Source of the DNA: a virus
Taxonomy: Duplodnaviria > Caudoviricetes
Virus record (IMG/VR): IMGVR_UViG_3300025892_000024
Location: 1 to 56,778 of that record
DNA: 56,778 nt
Reading direction: 5' to 3' (one strand)
Shown: one piece after another, positions 21,801 through 30,686 of the stretch
Position numbering within the stretch: the stretch's first letter is position 1
Layout: every line of letters begins with the position of its first letter
Notes under the pieces: model-generated
The model's database searches: none
What the model was told of the DNA's origin: nothing
What the model saw: the letters and a program-made list of their open reading frames with translations, nothing else
Position numbers and translations under genes: made by a program

Positions 21801-22320
21801 TGGAACAACCGGACTAAATGAGGCTCCACCCCCACCGCCAGCCACAAGTCCTCCAAGCGTACAAAAAAATACACTGAAATTTCCTAGCGCAAAAGACCTA
21901 ATTATTCGATTAGAAGGTTTCTTTAACAATATTGGGACTGACCAAAATGAAATTGTAAAAAATATTAGTGAAGCTAGGGGCGCAGGTCAAATAATACACT
22001 CAACAGCAACCAAACTATCCCAAGAAATAGAATCGGTTGATGGCCCTCAATTTGCAATACATGATGTTGCACCAAACAGACCGTTGAGTAAGGAAGCCGC
22101 GAAAAATGCTGCGAAGCGTGCATTGATTTTATTCGAAGCATTTGTTCCTCCAGAATCTGGAACTCCACCAGGCGAAAAGGAAATTATTGACCAATTGGTG
22201 CAAACAAACTGGCAAAATGCGTTCACAGGTTTCGATACTTTTGGCTTTAATGGATTCGAGGAAATTGGTGGCATAACTGCAATGGATGTGTTGCAAACAT
22301 TAGCGGGGGTAACTTCTTGA
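18826..22320 (+). CDS. Large acidic, mostly helical hypothetical protein (1164 aa)
   Basis: AGGTGA SD; Pro/Gly linker (GGGGT...APPPPP) before a C-terminal domain. Confidence 0.85.
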   Translation: MADPTDSELIESAKEKLQKSAKMHLSSLDEIIFCKLEDIADEDYMAGVKGKPYFIVQEYLMAINIGEEATNESVAYQRLNAVKNDLVNSKKGEIVFPTSDRITVGHYLFSYRALRNPLMNDNTQITDNLDRDVAFGLLTDDEYKYVEEELGGIDQIYISQEGDIRLQRFKVGENEVTIFPAIEEKENELRYFSPKVWGDEPTPSFLKGKENKALIERFKLMKDLQPKDKEADNNKVISKESGMSPITKYYMMRYLGFYLSASKITDDALPKLRDNKLVLDRINISRQDDFDIETELRKILEGDLGDEKIDNKFPFDRLRTIYRYPDDWVEEALTQDIEDIEEPNPWDLDVKYGMLQKFFTILPTNQKTKFYDSVEEQIYSKMPTKKISLTHKPNDMKMVKESDEITIPFLNGSFAVAESMKVFAESDPSDSKKDRLKLRTNLGDKNSQQLITDGTLVNIPGWVILYSETNRKKSFLEAVLNIKFSQIFSVIGSVSSRFLHLSEGLNHVLDMILYIRNNEETLPIKESDLYDVLNTEYEAFVSTVGDTVSTTIIDDGAYTTVNLDRKKLIEGITKPDLLKKFEWFTRSAAVMPPEPEYNTEKDQSIEGVVESVEAIMAYTDSTGLQQNQLTRHNARAFNALGHVVEEMMINSAKRAVSTVEDTALTSDFDRVVMSLIGTNKNPGMAVFHSIVHYQYLFAIVTNPISRWESIDKDIFQQGAMLSLESFLTEPAKKTLLYLLNEKGFIDIGDFSDTSPKFFKVPVAPSVNVANFTGLMNGFSLIMISYYRLMFAQIRNRLVFERKTQTKGKVSKETADLSKYWRDMIADAERNTPSPALFGLVLRWFGQTGTVLEIPTWMPVSPAEMKSDAKMNKNDVLNYLKWSYSNNAVDLEAFSEVAAAYHAAKAMSYLETAKDIASGYADMVERFVEAVHEDMGHAFLFSILTNRNCPDPTKESPEAEKVIRISNIEAIQVRKEQERTKSESESEPKSGGGGTTGLNEAPPPPPATSPPSVQKNTLKFPSAKDLIIRLEGFFNNIGTDQNEIVKNISEARGAGQIIHSTATKLSQEIESVDGPQFAIHDVAPNRPLSKEAAKNAAKRALILFEAFVPPESGTPPGEKEIIDQLVQTNWQNAFTGFDTFGFNGFEEIGGITAMDVLQTLAGVTS

Positions 22321-25300
22321 TACCTCCAATGAATGCTGTAGCGGCTCACATACTAAAAGAGCAATACATCAAAAAAATTCCTGATTTAACAGAGGAGCAA
22401 TTCTCAAAATATGCAAGGAATTTGGTAATGCGTAAGGGTGTTGAAGGGCCATTACTTACAAAATCAATACGCAGTTGGGTTGCTAAACTAGTCGGCAAGG
22501 GTGGATTGGGAGGCCAAATACTGCCGATTGGAGTTGAGATAGAAGGAAAAGCAGCAAAAGAAATCAATGCTGACGGCCAAAAGCCAATTATCATCGACAG
22601 AGATTATCCAGGCGCAACTTTAGAACAGGCGGCAAATGCTTTCCAAGCCCAAGCGATTCTATTGTATCGTGCAGAAAAGCGAGGTTCAACGATTGGCCCT
22701 GACTTATCTGCGTTGATTGAGCCACGCCCAATAACTTCAATCAATGCAGAACGAGAAGGTTCTAATGAGGAATTCGTGAATAGGCAACAAAAAATGAGGG
22801 AGGCGTATGCTAATTCTGTATTTCCTTCGATTGATGCTTTGATTCCTAACACAAAGAAGGTTATTTTCGATTCCTCTAGGGGCAGACATGAAACACTTGC
22901 TCCAGCAATGAGCATCGGGCTTAACAATCACACAACTGGTCTTTGTTTTGAAACTGTAAAAGCAAACGAAGCAACTGAATTAGTTTGCCTACGTGCGATT
23001 GGCCTGACTTCAAAGAAAGCAATCGATGGCAGTTTAAGGCTATCAAAAAGGATTGAAAAAGAAATGAAAGTGTTGACATTAGTATGCTCATGGGGTTCTA
23101 CTGCTGCTATTTTCATAGGAGGCGGACCTTTAGGTTTGGTATCCAGAAATGATGCTTATGACTTCTTAGGCAGCATTGGTAAACCATCTGGTTCTCAAGC
23201 AGTAAACAGTAAAGTACCATACCGTGACATTGACTTGCCACTGTACGAATTGAAAATAAGTAAAGAGTCATTTACGACAAGATCTAATGATGTTATGCTA
23301 TTGCCTCTTAGCTTGGACATTGCACCTGCAAGGGCAAAAACAGCATCAAACAGACCGTTTGAAGGTTCACATGATTTAGCTCCTTCCTCAATGCAAAGTG
23401 GCAGAGTATTACTTCCTGTATATGATGCCGAATCTTTTGATACTGATTACGACGACCACCCTCAAGTAGTTCAATATCGAAAAGGCACTTATATTCCAGG
23501 AGTAATCGATTTCTTATCAAGTGTAAACTTAGCAAAGGACACCAAATATCAACCAGCAGAAATGAATCCTATGAAAACAAAATGGATTGAAATGAGGAAA
23601 GAAACATCTGCAGTTAAAGAAGGCACAGTTGATGATTTGATTAACGCACTTGAAGTGTTCTCTATTCCGTTTGGCTATGAGTGTATATTAAGTTACAATC
23701 GAGGCGAATGTTATCTTGCCGTCAATGGAGAAAATGCAATAACAAATATCCAACAAACAAGAGAATTCGCTGCTTATTGTGAATCTATGGGGATAAAAGA
23801 AATTATTGCTAAAGGTGTTTTGACTCCAAGAGACAATCAAGACTTTGAATTAGTTGATTATATTGTAGATATGGATGAAATACCTACTAATGAAGAGGAT
23901 TCAATTGCAATCTTTTCTAAACTTGAAGTTAGGGTATATGGTGCATTAGACGGTAAAGACTTCAATTTATTGCGCCCACTTGCCCTTTCAACAGTTAAGT
24001 CTTGCAGAAGCCAGTCAGCTAAATTTGTAGAGTTGTCTAACAGAAACTCTGATTTGTATTACTCAGAAATGATTAGCGATGAATTGGAATCCGGGTACGC
24101 AAACAAGCTTCTTATGACATTCGAAAATGCATCACCTTTGCATCTATACGGTGATATGCAGGTAGATGCAACAATTATTGCGTTTGACATCGAGGGCAAA
24201 AATCCTCAAAACAATTTGGTAGGAAACGTGGCTCTAGCTCTAATCTCAAAAGAGAGTGTAAAAATTGATGGTAAATCAAAAACAGTGGAGGCGTTTGTAC
24301 CTATTGGAACTACCAACGCATTTAGAGGATTCACTACAGAAGCAAAAAGAAGGATGCTCGACTACCTGATGGACCATGCTTTACAACCAGGGTACAAAGA
24401 TGGCTACTTGCTAATAGATCCAGTTAAGGCACAATTAACATTGAATGTTTCTTTCAAAGGTTTTGCTAAACAAGAAAGCCAACCAATCTATGAACATTAT
24501 ACGGAGATGAGGAAGTTCAAAGGCGACAGCCTACCGAAACCAGCCTTCTATGAGAAGGGAATTGGAAGGGTAGAGCCTACAGAACTCAAATACGAGCGCA
24601 TAAAAATACCAACATTTACAGATGCGGTTCCGGTTAGGACATATTTACGTGAAGTGGGTAAGAAAAAACTACCTATGCTAAAGAATCCAGTGATTACTTC
24701 GTTAGGGACCACAATCGATGGCCTTGACGATATGTTTGAGAAAAGCAAAGTTAGATACTCGGTCAAAGAATCGTTTTCACTTCAAGTTCCACTTTCACAA
24801 TTGAAGAAAAACGGACCAGAACCGCCAACAAAAGAATTAGATTTACCAGGGTCGATGTCAGTTTCTGATTTGCTGAACCTATCTTTGAATCCTCCATCAA
24901 CTTGCCCAATGGCTACTCAAAATCTTGAAGTAAATACCAAAAACAGAGATGCCGCAGTAAAAGCACCACACATTCAATATGGTCCGCTTAATCTTAGTGA
25001 TGAAGATTATTGGGTCCGATATGGAGAAAGGTGGAACACTGATGCACAAGTCGCTAAAAACTCGAATTGTAGCAATTGCATTGCCTTCGATATCAGTCCA
25101 AGAATGAAAGATTGCATGCCAGGAAAAACATCTGACAAAGAAGGGCAATTGGGTTACTGTTGGATGCACCACTTCAAATGCCATTCCGCTAGAACCTGTT
25201 ACACATGGGCATCTGGTGGTCCTATAGACCTAGATTCGGTTTCATTAGATTGGCAGAAGAGGTCTGAATCAGCTTTCAAATCAAATCCTCCTACGGATAA

Positions 25301-28300
25301 CTGGACTGCCCACCGCCAAAAGGTGCCATGGGAGTTCGACCAAGATGCATTTGATGGAACGGCATTCAGGACATTCCAAATGGACGACCCCGAAGATCGT
25401 AGGAAAGCTATTCACATGGATGGTTGGAGAAGGAGATTTGACAAATACAAAGGCGTTCAAGCGATAGCAGGTAAATTATCTTCAACAGGCAAATGGCACA
25501 TTCAAAGTATTAGGGTTCCGAAGAAATACAACCTTAGACGAAACCGTAAAGAAATGAAATTGGACAAACAACAACCGCCCCAGTGGTATGTGGAATTAAG
25601 GCCTAACACAAAGCCGTTTGGAACTAAAAATAATCCAATCATTCCACACGACTACATCAAAGCCATGGACAGGGGTTGGACTGGTTATCCTCATTGGATG
25701 ATAAAGAGAAATCCAGCACCTGATGTTTTAGATAATGCATACTATCACGGAACTACGCTTTCAAAAGCGAGGGAGATATTCGCCTCAAGATGGTTCAACT
25801 TCAAGGAAGATTACCCAACTTTTACGGATTCCTTGGATGTAGCTATAAGATTTGGCGTAGTCAAATGGCTTGGAAATAAAAATCCAGCAGACCCAATCGT
25901 AATCCTACAACTCGATTCAGAAGCAGCAGACAAAACGCTGAAACGATTAGAACGCATACCGGATTACTTCTCCGTTGATGGGCATTACTATGCGGTGATG
26001 GACCCGATACCGTCTTACTTCTTGCGCCCAGTGCAATACACGGAAGAACAATTCCATGAGGATTATGAAAAAATGAAAATGAAACATAAACATTCTCACG
26101 CTTGGGGGCAAAAGCGTTTCCCTGTCCCATCGAGCGACCAATACGCATCATTGAATGCCAATTGGGACGGAAACTACATCAGTAGTTGGCTTGATGACCC
26201 TTACAACAACTGGTGGAATTTTAGAGAACAAAAAGAACACGCTCCGTTCTACGCTGACAAAAAGAACCCAATGGCACCGGGCTACCAATCATACGGTTGG
26301 ACTACCCAAGACTGGCGTTCAATCAAAGTCAACAACAAGGGCGAAATTGATTATTCGCAGAAATGCGGTGCAGAAGGGACACAAACAGCAAGTGGCAAGC
26401 CCCGCCTTTGCCTCCCTGCTCCAGTGGTGAAGGCTTTGATGAGGACAGACTCAGGAAAGCAAGTAATCCGTGAACAGGCTCGCAAAAAAGTACGTGCTAA
26501 GAAGGGCGAGCGAATACCGTGGCATCCGAGAATCAAGAAACTGTGGAAGAAACTTGAAGAAAAAACACCTGCGGATAAAAGGAATCCAGTTTTGCCGAAG
26601 AAGAAGCATGGGAACTTCCCGCCCGCAGTGTTTCAATTCGACCCAGGGGTGACGGAAGGAGCTGAATGGTATACAGATGAAGAAGGATTACATGAAGAAT
26701 TATCATCACTTAGGAAAAACCATGATGAATATGTAAAACAGTACATGCGGAAGAATTTCAGTCAAAGGTGGAGTTGGGAAACTGAATATACTGGAAAAAG
26801 GCGTGAAGAAGAAAAAAAGATTCTTGAAAAAGCAAAAACAGTCGCAGACAAACACTTCCATGATAAGATGTGTACTAAGGGGGAAGACGGGAAGCCTTGT
26901 GAGTTTTGGCATGGTGGAATGAAAGCACCCTCGGTAGGGGAGCCGATGGCGTGGCATGAAAGGGAAAGAAAACCCACTCCTTGTACAGTCGGTTCCTACA
27001 AACTATGTATTAGTGGTTGCCTATTCTGCTACAAAGAGCAAGGTAGTACAATATCAAACCCTCCAGGTATTCCAAAGAAAGGTTCTGAATTGACGACAGA
27101 GAAGAAGCGTGAGATCCGTAAGAGATGGCTCGAACTTGTTAACATGACAAAACATGAGCTACAAACCTTCTATGATTCTGAATGGGGCAACAAAAGAGCA
27201 GGGTTGAGTAGAGATGAGGCTAAAGAAGCAGGGATCTCATCTGGTAGAGATTCAGCTTTAGCAATCTTGAAAATGAAAGAGACTCCTGTTAAAGAATGGT
27301 CTAAGCGTAAATCAAAAGACAGAGGCAGAGACATAATGCTGGACTTTTGGCAATGGGCTCAAAAGCAAATCAACTTCAATACACGCCATAGAGGAATGCA
27401 GGGTGCTTACTTAGACGACAGAGGCCGACCAAAGCGTAAGCTGTTAGGTCTATGGATATGGGGGCATGACCCTTGGAGATATGCACTTCAAGTGACGGGC
27501 GAAAAGATGGGCGAGTGTCCTAATGTTGCATGGGTTGGTCGTAAAGAGAAAGAGAAGTATGGCGTTAGGCCGATGATAAATCCTCCAACAATCCCTTCTA
27601 CTGCTTTCAAACTGATTCCTTCAGCAAAACCAGAACTTACCTACGCAGAGGGATATGCGCCTCAAAGAATAGTGGAGCGAGGGTGGTGGATGTATGATGC
27701 TCCTTGTGGTGAATACAGTCCTCCTGGATGGTTAAACATTAATCTCGCATATGACCCTAAAGGAGAATTTAACGCAGGGCAGTTTTGCTCAAACATCAGT
27801 CCAGACTGGATAATTTGGGACAACCCACCAAAGTTCACACCTTTGTATGGTGACATTCTAACAATAAGTGGTCCATCGGGTTCGGGCAAATCAACTATGG
27901 CTCAAGCGTTAGCTAAGAAACTGAAAGGGCAAATCATACCATCTTACATGACACGTGAGAAGCGCCCTAAAGAGAAAGAAGGAATTGATGGCGTGTTTAT
28001 CACTAAAGATAAGTTCGAGGAAATGATTGAGAACGGGGAGTTTACTGCAGGTGAAGTGAATCTATGGGTCAAACAAAAGAATGGAGAATACTATGGCCGC
28101 AGAGCATCAGACTTTGCAATTTCAAAACCAGTAATTATTGATGCGAACTTCGAGGGTATAAGAAGAATGCGTGCTGCATTCCCCAATAAGACATACAGCG
28201 TATTCATCAGAACAGGAATGGGTGAAGATAGAAGAAAGCAACTTCTAACTGCTAGAGGCGTTCATACTGAGGAAGAGATAGAAAGCAGGGTGAAGGCCGG

Positions 28301-30686
28301 AACAGGTATGCTATCCACATTCCAGAACATGAACTTCGATTTCATAGCAGCCAACAAGAGGGGGGAATTACCTAAGAATGTGAAAATGATTGCCTCTGAA
28401 TTCAAGAAGTGGAGGAATAGACCGATGGCGAATCCTCCAGCGCACCACGACAAAACTTCCATTGTCCGAAGATTTGTGAAAGACTTAGATCCATCTATTG
28501 AATTCACCGCAAAATCACTTGAAGGTCGATTGAAGAATGCTGGATACCGTATGCATCCGAATGCTCGGCAGATTGGGAGAATACTCAGTATCATGAAAAA
28601 AGAGGGCTTGATAGTTCAAACCAAATTTAGCGGGTCTGTAACATATCGGAATTCCGAAAGCAATTACGCCATGGAAAATCCCCCAAGTGTGTCTCCCGAA
28701 GACTATGTGCAGTTTTATAGGAATATTCCTGTCTTTGAGGGCGATGGCGCACTGGATATGGGTATTCAAACTGATAAAGGTAAAACCAAATATCACAATC
28801 AATGGCTAGATGGTGTATTCTCTGATATGCCAGATAAGGCAGAAGCATGGAAAAAGCAATCATTCAGTAAAGAAATAGCTTTGAGAACTGTTATTGACGA
28901 AGACGGAACTGTGCATGAGGGATTCCTGGACAAGTATGCTGATGATAATAGGCCATATACAGTATCTTTGAAAGTTGATGGTGACAGCTCTTTGATTCAC
29001 TTTAATGGAAATGAATCGGTTGTATGGAATAAGCGAGGCCGGTGGAGAAGAAATTTCCACATTACGGATGAAATGACTGATTATCTGCAATCACAGGGGA
29101 TTGATTCAGCACAGATATTGGGTGAATTGTATGCTGTTGATGAAGGAGGGGCAACATTATCGTTGAAAGAGATTAGCAGTATAATTGTAGCTCCGAAAAC
29201 AATGGAGAGACAGAAACAAATCCGCTTTGCTGCCTTCGACATTCTAGAACTAAACGGTAGGGATTACATCGACACGCCTTATGGGGAAAGAATGGAGGCA
29301 CTGGACAACCTGTTTGCTGGTGAAGACTTGCCATCAATCATGAGCGTTCCAATGTTGAAGAGTGATGGGGGAGTGAAGGAAGTCCTTGAATTGTGGGAGG
29401 AAAGTATGAGTGAGCCAAACTTTGAGGGCTTGGTTCTAAGATTTGATGGCGATAACAAATCAATCAAAATCAAGATGAAAGGCACAGCAGACTTAGCCAT
29501 CATAGGCTACTATCACGGAAAAGAGGGCGGCAACAAAGAATCTATTGTTGGTGGAGGCGCTTTAGCTTGGATGCTTCCTAATGGTGATTTCATTTATGCG
29601 GGTAAATCAGTCATTGGTTCAACAGACAAAGAGAAAGGCGAGTTACTTGAACTATTGAGCAAAGACCAAATCGATGCCCCTAACATGAAGCTTGGCGGTA
29701 GGGTAGTTTCTAACTCAGTAAGAGAAACCCATGATGTGAGGGGCAAAGGAATGCTAAAGATGGTAAAGCCAAAGTATGTCGGGGAGTTCCTTTATCGTAA
29801 TATCAACTTCAAAGATTGCCCCGTATTCAGATTGAAAGGTAAGAAGTTGTTGTATGTAGGAACAGTTAGGGCACCAGTATTACAACAACCATCTTTCAAG
29901 AAATGGCGTGAAGATAAATCAATCAACGCTCAAGATCTAAGAATAGAGCAAGTTCCACTTGAAGGAACAGGAAAGTGGGGTCAAATAAAACCTAATCCTC
30001 CTGGGGACCTTCCGGAAGATATAGAATATCCTGGGGGTCATGGGCAATATTTGACGGATTCAATAACTATTGGGGCTTTGATAGAACAGATAGGCGCTGA
30101 TGGCAAAAAGCGAAGAAATCTAAACTCAAGAGGATTCTATCAAGAGCATGTAAATCCAAAATGGCCTTTGGAGCACCCCGAACTAGCAGCACGTTTGATT
30201 GAGGCAGAGAAGAAAGGCTGGAAAATCCCGCAAGAATTAGCAAAACACTTGATACGGCCTAATCCTCCAAAGAATACAGGAGTCATGCTCCCTCCAATCA
30301 TCGTGACAGGCACGATGTATGATTCAAAACTATTGAGGCAATATCCAAACTACGGTTTCATCTTTGGCGATAATGAAAAAAGAACAGGGAAGGGCGGTCA
30401 AGCGGTAATCCGTGATGAACCGAATGCCATAGGAGTGAGGACAAAGGCCAGTTCGAGAAAGTTCTGGAATGATAGTCATATGCAAAACTCCGTCAAGATG
30501 ATGTCGGAGGACTTCTTGCGTGTATTCAATGGGGGATATGACGCAATAGTGATTCCTGTCGCTGGGATAGGCACAGGATTAGCCGAATTGAAAAAGCGTG
30601 CACCCCTCACTAACAGATGGCTTCAAACTGTTATGGAGCAATTAAATACAATAGCCAAGACTGAAAAAACGGGGGAATTGAAATGA
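22317..30686 (+). CDS. Giant modular polyprotein (2789 aa) with NP(P)-delimited domains
   Basis: 8.4 kb uninterrupted ORF; GGGGGT SD plus TTGA overlap; ligase, guanylate kinase, ART-like, DUF3140-like, wHTH and macro-like modules separated by NPP/NP. Confidence 0.92.
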   Translation: MIPPMNAVAAHILKEQYIKKIPDLTEEQFSKYARNLVMRKGVEGPLLTKSIRSWVAKLVGKGGLGGQILPIGVEIEGKAAKEINADGQKPIIIDRDYPGATLEQAANAFQAQAILLYRAEKRGSTIGPDLSALIEPRPITSINAEREGSNEEFVNRQQKMREAYANSVFPSIDALIPNTKKVIFDSSRGRHETLAPAMSIGLNNHTTGLCFETVKANEATELVCLRAIGLTSKKAIDGSLRLSKRIEKEMKVLTLVCSWGSTAAIFIGGGPLGLVSRNDAYDFLGSIGKPSGSQAVNSKVPYRDIDLPLYELKISKESFTTRSNDVMLLPLSLDIAPARAKTASNRPFEGSHDLAPSSMQSGRVLLPVYDAESFDTDYDDHPQVVQYRKGTYIPGVIDFLSSVNLAKDTKYQPAEMNPMKTKWIEMRKETSAVKEGTVDDLINALEVFSIPFGYECILSYNRGECYLAVNGENAITNIQQTREFAAYCESMGIKEIIAKGVLTPRDNQDFELVDYIVDMDEIPTNEEDSIAIFSKLEVRVYGALDGKDFNLLRPLALSTVKSCRSQSAKFVELSNRNSDLYYSEMISDELESGYANKLLMTFENASPLHLYGDMQVDATIIAFDIEGKNPQNNLVGNVALALISKESVKIDGKSKTVEAFVPIGTTNAFRGFTTEAKRRMLDYLMDHALQPGYKDGYLLIDPVKAQLTLNVSFKGFAKQESQPIYEHYTEMRKFKGDSLPKPAFYEKGIGRVEPTELKYERIKIPTFTDAVPVRTYLREVGKKKLPMLKNPVITSLGTTIDGLDDMFEKSKVRYSVKESFSLQVPLSQLKKNGPEPPTKELDLPGSMSVSDLLNLSLNPPSTCPMATQNLEVNTKNRDAAVKAPHIQYGPLNLSDEDYWVRYGERWNTDAQVAKNSNCSNCIAFDISPRMKDCMPGKTSDKEGQLGYCWMHHFKCHSARTCYTWASGGPIDLDSVSLDWQKRSESAFKSNPPTDNWTAHRQKVPWEFDQDAFDGTAFRTFQMDDPEDRRKAIHMDGWRRRFDKYKGVQAIAGKLSSTGKWHIQSIRVPKKYNLRRNRKEMKLDKQQPPQWYVELRPNTKPFGTKNNPIIPHDYIKAMDRGWTGYPHWMIKRNPAPDVLDNAYYHGTTLSKAREIFASRWFNFKEDYPTFTDSLDVAIRFGVVKWLGNKNPADPIVILQLDSEAADKTLKRLERIPDYFSVDGHYYAVMDPIPSYFLRPVQYTEEQFHEDYEKMKMKHKHSHAWGQKRFPVPSSDQYASLNANWDGNYISSWLDDPYNNWWNFREQKEHAPFYADKKNPMAPGYQSYGWTTQDWRSIKVNNKGEIDYSQKCGAEGTQTASGKPRLCLPAPVVKALMRTDSGKQVIREQARKKVRAKKGERIPWHPRIKKLWKKLEEKTPADKRNPVLPKKKHGNFPPAVFQFDPGVTEGAEWYTDEEGLHEELSSLRKNHDEYVKQYMRKNFSQRWSWETEYTGKRREEEKKILEKAKTVADKHFHDKMCTKGEDGKPCEFWHGGMKAPSVGEPMAWHERERKPTPCTVGSYKLCISGCLFCYKEQGSTISNPPGIPKKGSELTTEKKREIRKRWLELVNMTKHELQTFYDSEWGNKRAGLSRDEAKEAGISSGRDSALAILKMKETPVKEWSKRKSKDRGRDIMLDFWQWAQKQINFNTRHRGMQGAYLDDRGRPKRKLLGLWIWGHDPWRYALQVTGEKMGECPNVAWVGRKEKEKYGVRPMINPPTIPSTAFKLIPSAKPELTYAEGYAPQRIVERGWWMYDAPCGEYSPPGWLNINLAYDPKGEFNAGQFCSNISPDWIIWDNPPKFTPLYGDILTISGPSGSGKSTMAQALAKKLKGQIIPSYMTREKRPKEKEGIDGVFITKDKFEEMIENGEFTAGEVNLWVKQKNGEYYGRRASDFAISKPVIIDANFEGIRRMRAAFPNKTYSVFIRTGMGEDRRKQLLTARGVHTEEEIESRVKAGTGMLSTFQNMNFDFIAANKRGELPKNVKMIASEFKKWRNRPMANPPAHHDKTSIVRRFVKDLDPSIEFTAKSLEGRLKNAGYRMHPNARQIGRILSIMKKEGLIVQTKFSGSVTYRNSESNYAMENPPSVSPEDYVQFYRNIPVFEGDGALDMGIQTDKGKTKYHNQWLDGVFSDMPDKAEAWKKQSFSKEIALRTVIDEDGTVHEGFLDKYADDNRPYTVSLKVDGDSSLIHFNGNESVVWNKRGRWRRNFHITDEMTDYLQSQGIDSAQILGELYAVDEGGATLSLKEISSIIVAPKTMERQKQIRFAAFDILELNGRDYIDTPYGERMEALDNLFAGEDLPSIMSVPMLKSDGGVKEVLELWEESMSEPNFEGLVLRFDGDNKSIKIKMKGTADLAIIGYYHGKEGGNKESIVGGGALAWMLPNGDFIYAGKSVIGSTDKEKGELLELLSKDQIDAPNMKLGGRVVSNSVRETHDVRGKGMLKMVKPKYVGEFLYRNINFKDCPVFRLKGKKLLYVGTVRAPVLQQPSFKKWREDKSINAQDLRIEQVPLEGTGKWGQIKPNPPGDLPEDIEYPGGHGQYLTDSITIGALIEQIGADGKKRRNLNSRGFYQEHVNPKWPLEHPELAARLIEAEKKGWKIPQELAKHLIRPNPPKNTGVMLPPIIVTGTMYDSKLLRQYPNYGFIFGDNEKRTGKGGQAVIRDEPNAIGVRTKASSRKFWNDSHMQNSVKMMSEDFLRVFNGGYDAIVIPVAGIGTGLAELKKRAPLTNRWLQTVMEQLNTIAKTEKTGELK
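23571..24760 (+). other. Degenerate (probably inactive) ATP-dependent DNA ligase-like module
   Basis: Aligns by eye with the intact ligase module (DATIIAF/DLAIIGY, VGNVALAL/VGGGALAW, GFTTEAKRRMLDYL/GSTDKEKGELLELL, PMLKNP/PVLQQP) but has no KxDG. Confidence 0.6.
24897..25283 (+). other. Cys/His-rich module (CPMATQNLEVNTKNRD...CSNCIAFD...GYCWMHHFKCHSARTC)
   Basis: Bounded by NPP at 24888 and 25284; probable metal-binding domain. Confidence 0.6.
25716..26264 (+). other. ADP-ribosyltransferase-fold-like module
   Basis: YYHGTT start motif, ...TFTDSLDVAIRFG... and VILQL strand, typical of H-type ART-like phage domains; bounded by RNP 25710 and KNP 26265. Confidence 0.55.
27066..27578 (+). other. 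DUF3140-like module
   Basis: LVNMTKHEL...SGRDSA...TRH...LWIWGHDP; bounded by NPP at 27057 and 27579. Confidence 0.7.
27831..28430 (+). other. Guanylate kinase-like module
   Basis: ISGPSGSGKST P-loop, SYMTREKRPKEKEGIDGVF, FEEMIENGEF, GEYYG, VIID; bounded by NPP at 27822 and 28431. Confidence 0.9.
28440..28676 (+). other. Winged helix-turn-helix module
   Basis: FTAKSLEGRL...PNARQIGRILSIMKKEGLIVQ...VTYR; bounded by NPP at 28431 and 28677. Confidence 0.7.
28686..29993 (+). other. ATP-dependent DNA ligase module (adenylation plus OB domain)
   Basis: Motif I KVDG (28971), III ILGEL, IIIa FAAFDIL, IV EGLVLR, V KIK, OB domain DLAIIG...VKP...PSFKKWREDK; bounded by NPP at 28677 and 29994. Confidence 0.92.
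30270..30683 (+). other. Macrodomain-like module (FIFGDN...GKGGQA...PNAIGVRTK...IPVAGIGTGLA)
   Basis: Gly-rich loops GGQA and GIGTGLA resemble macro-fold ADP-ribose-binding loops; starts after NPP 30261. Confidence 0.55.
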
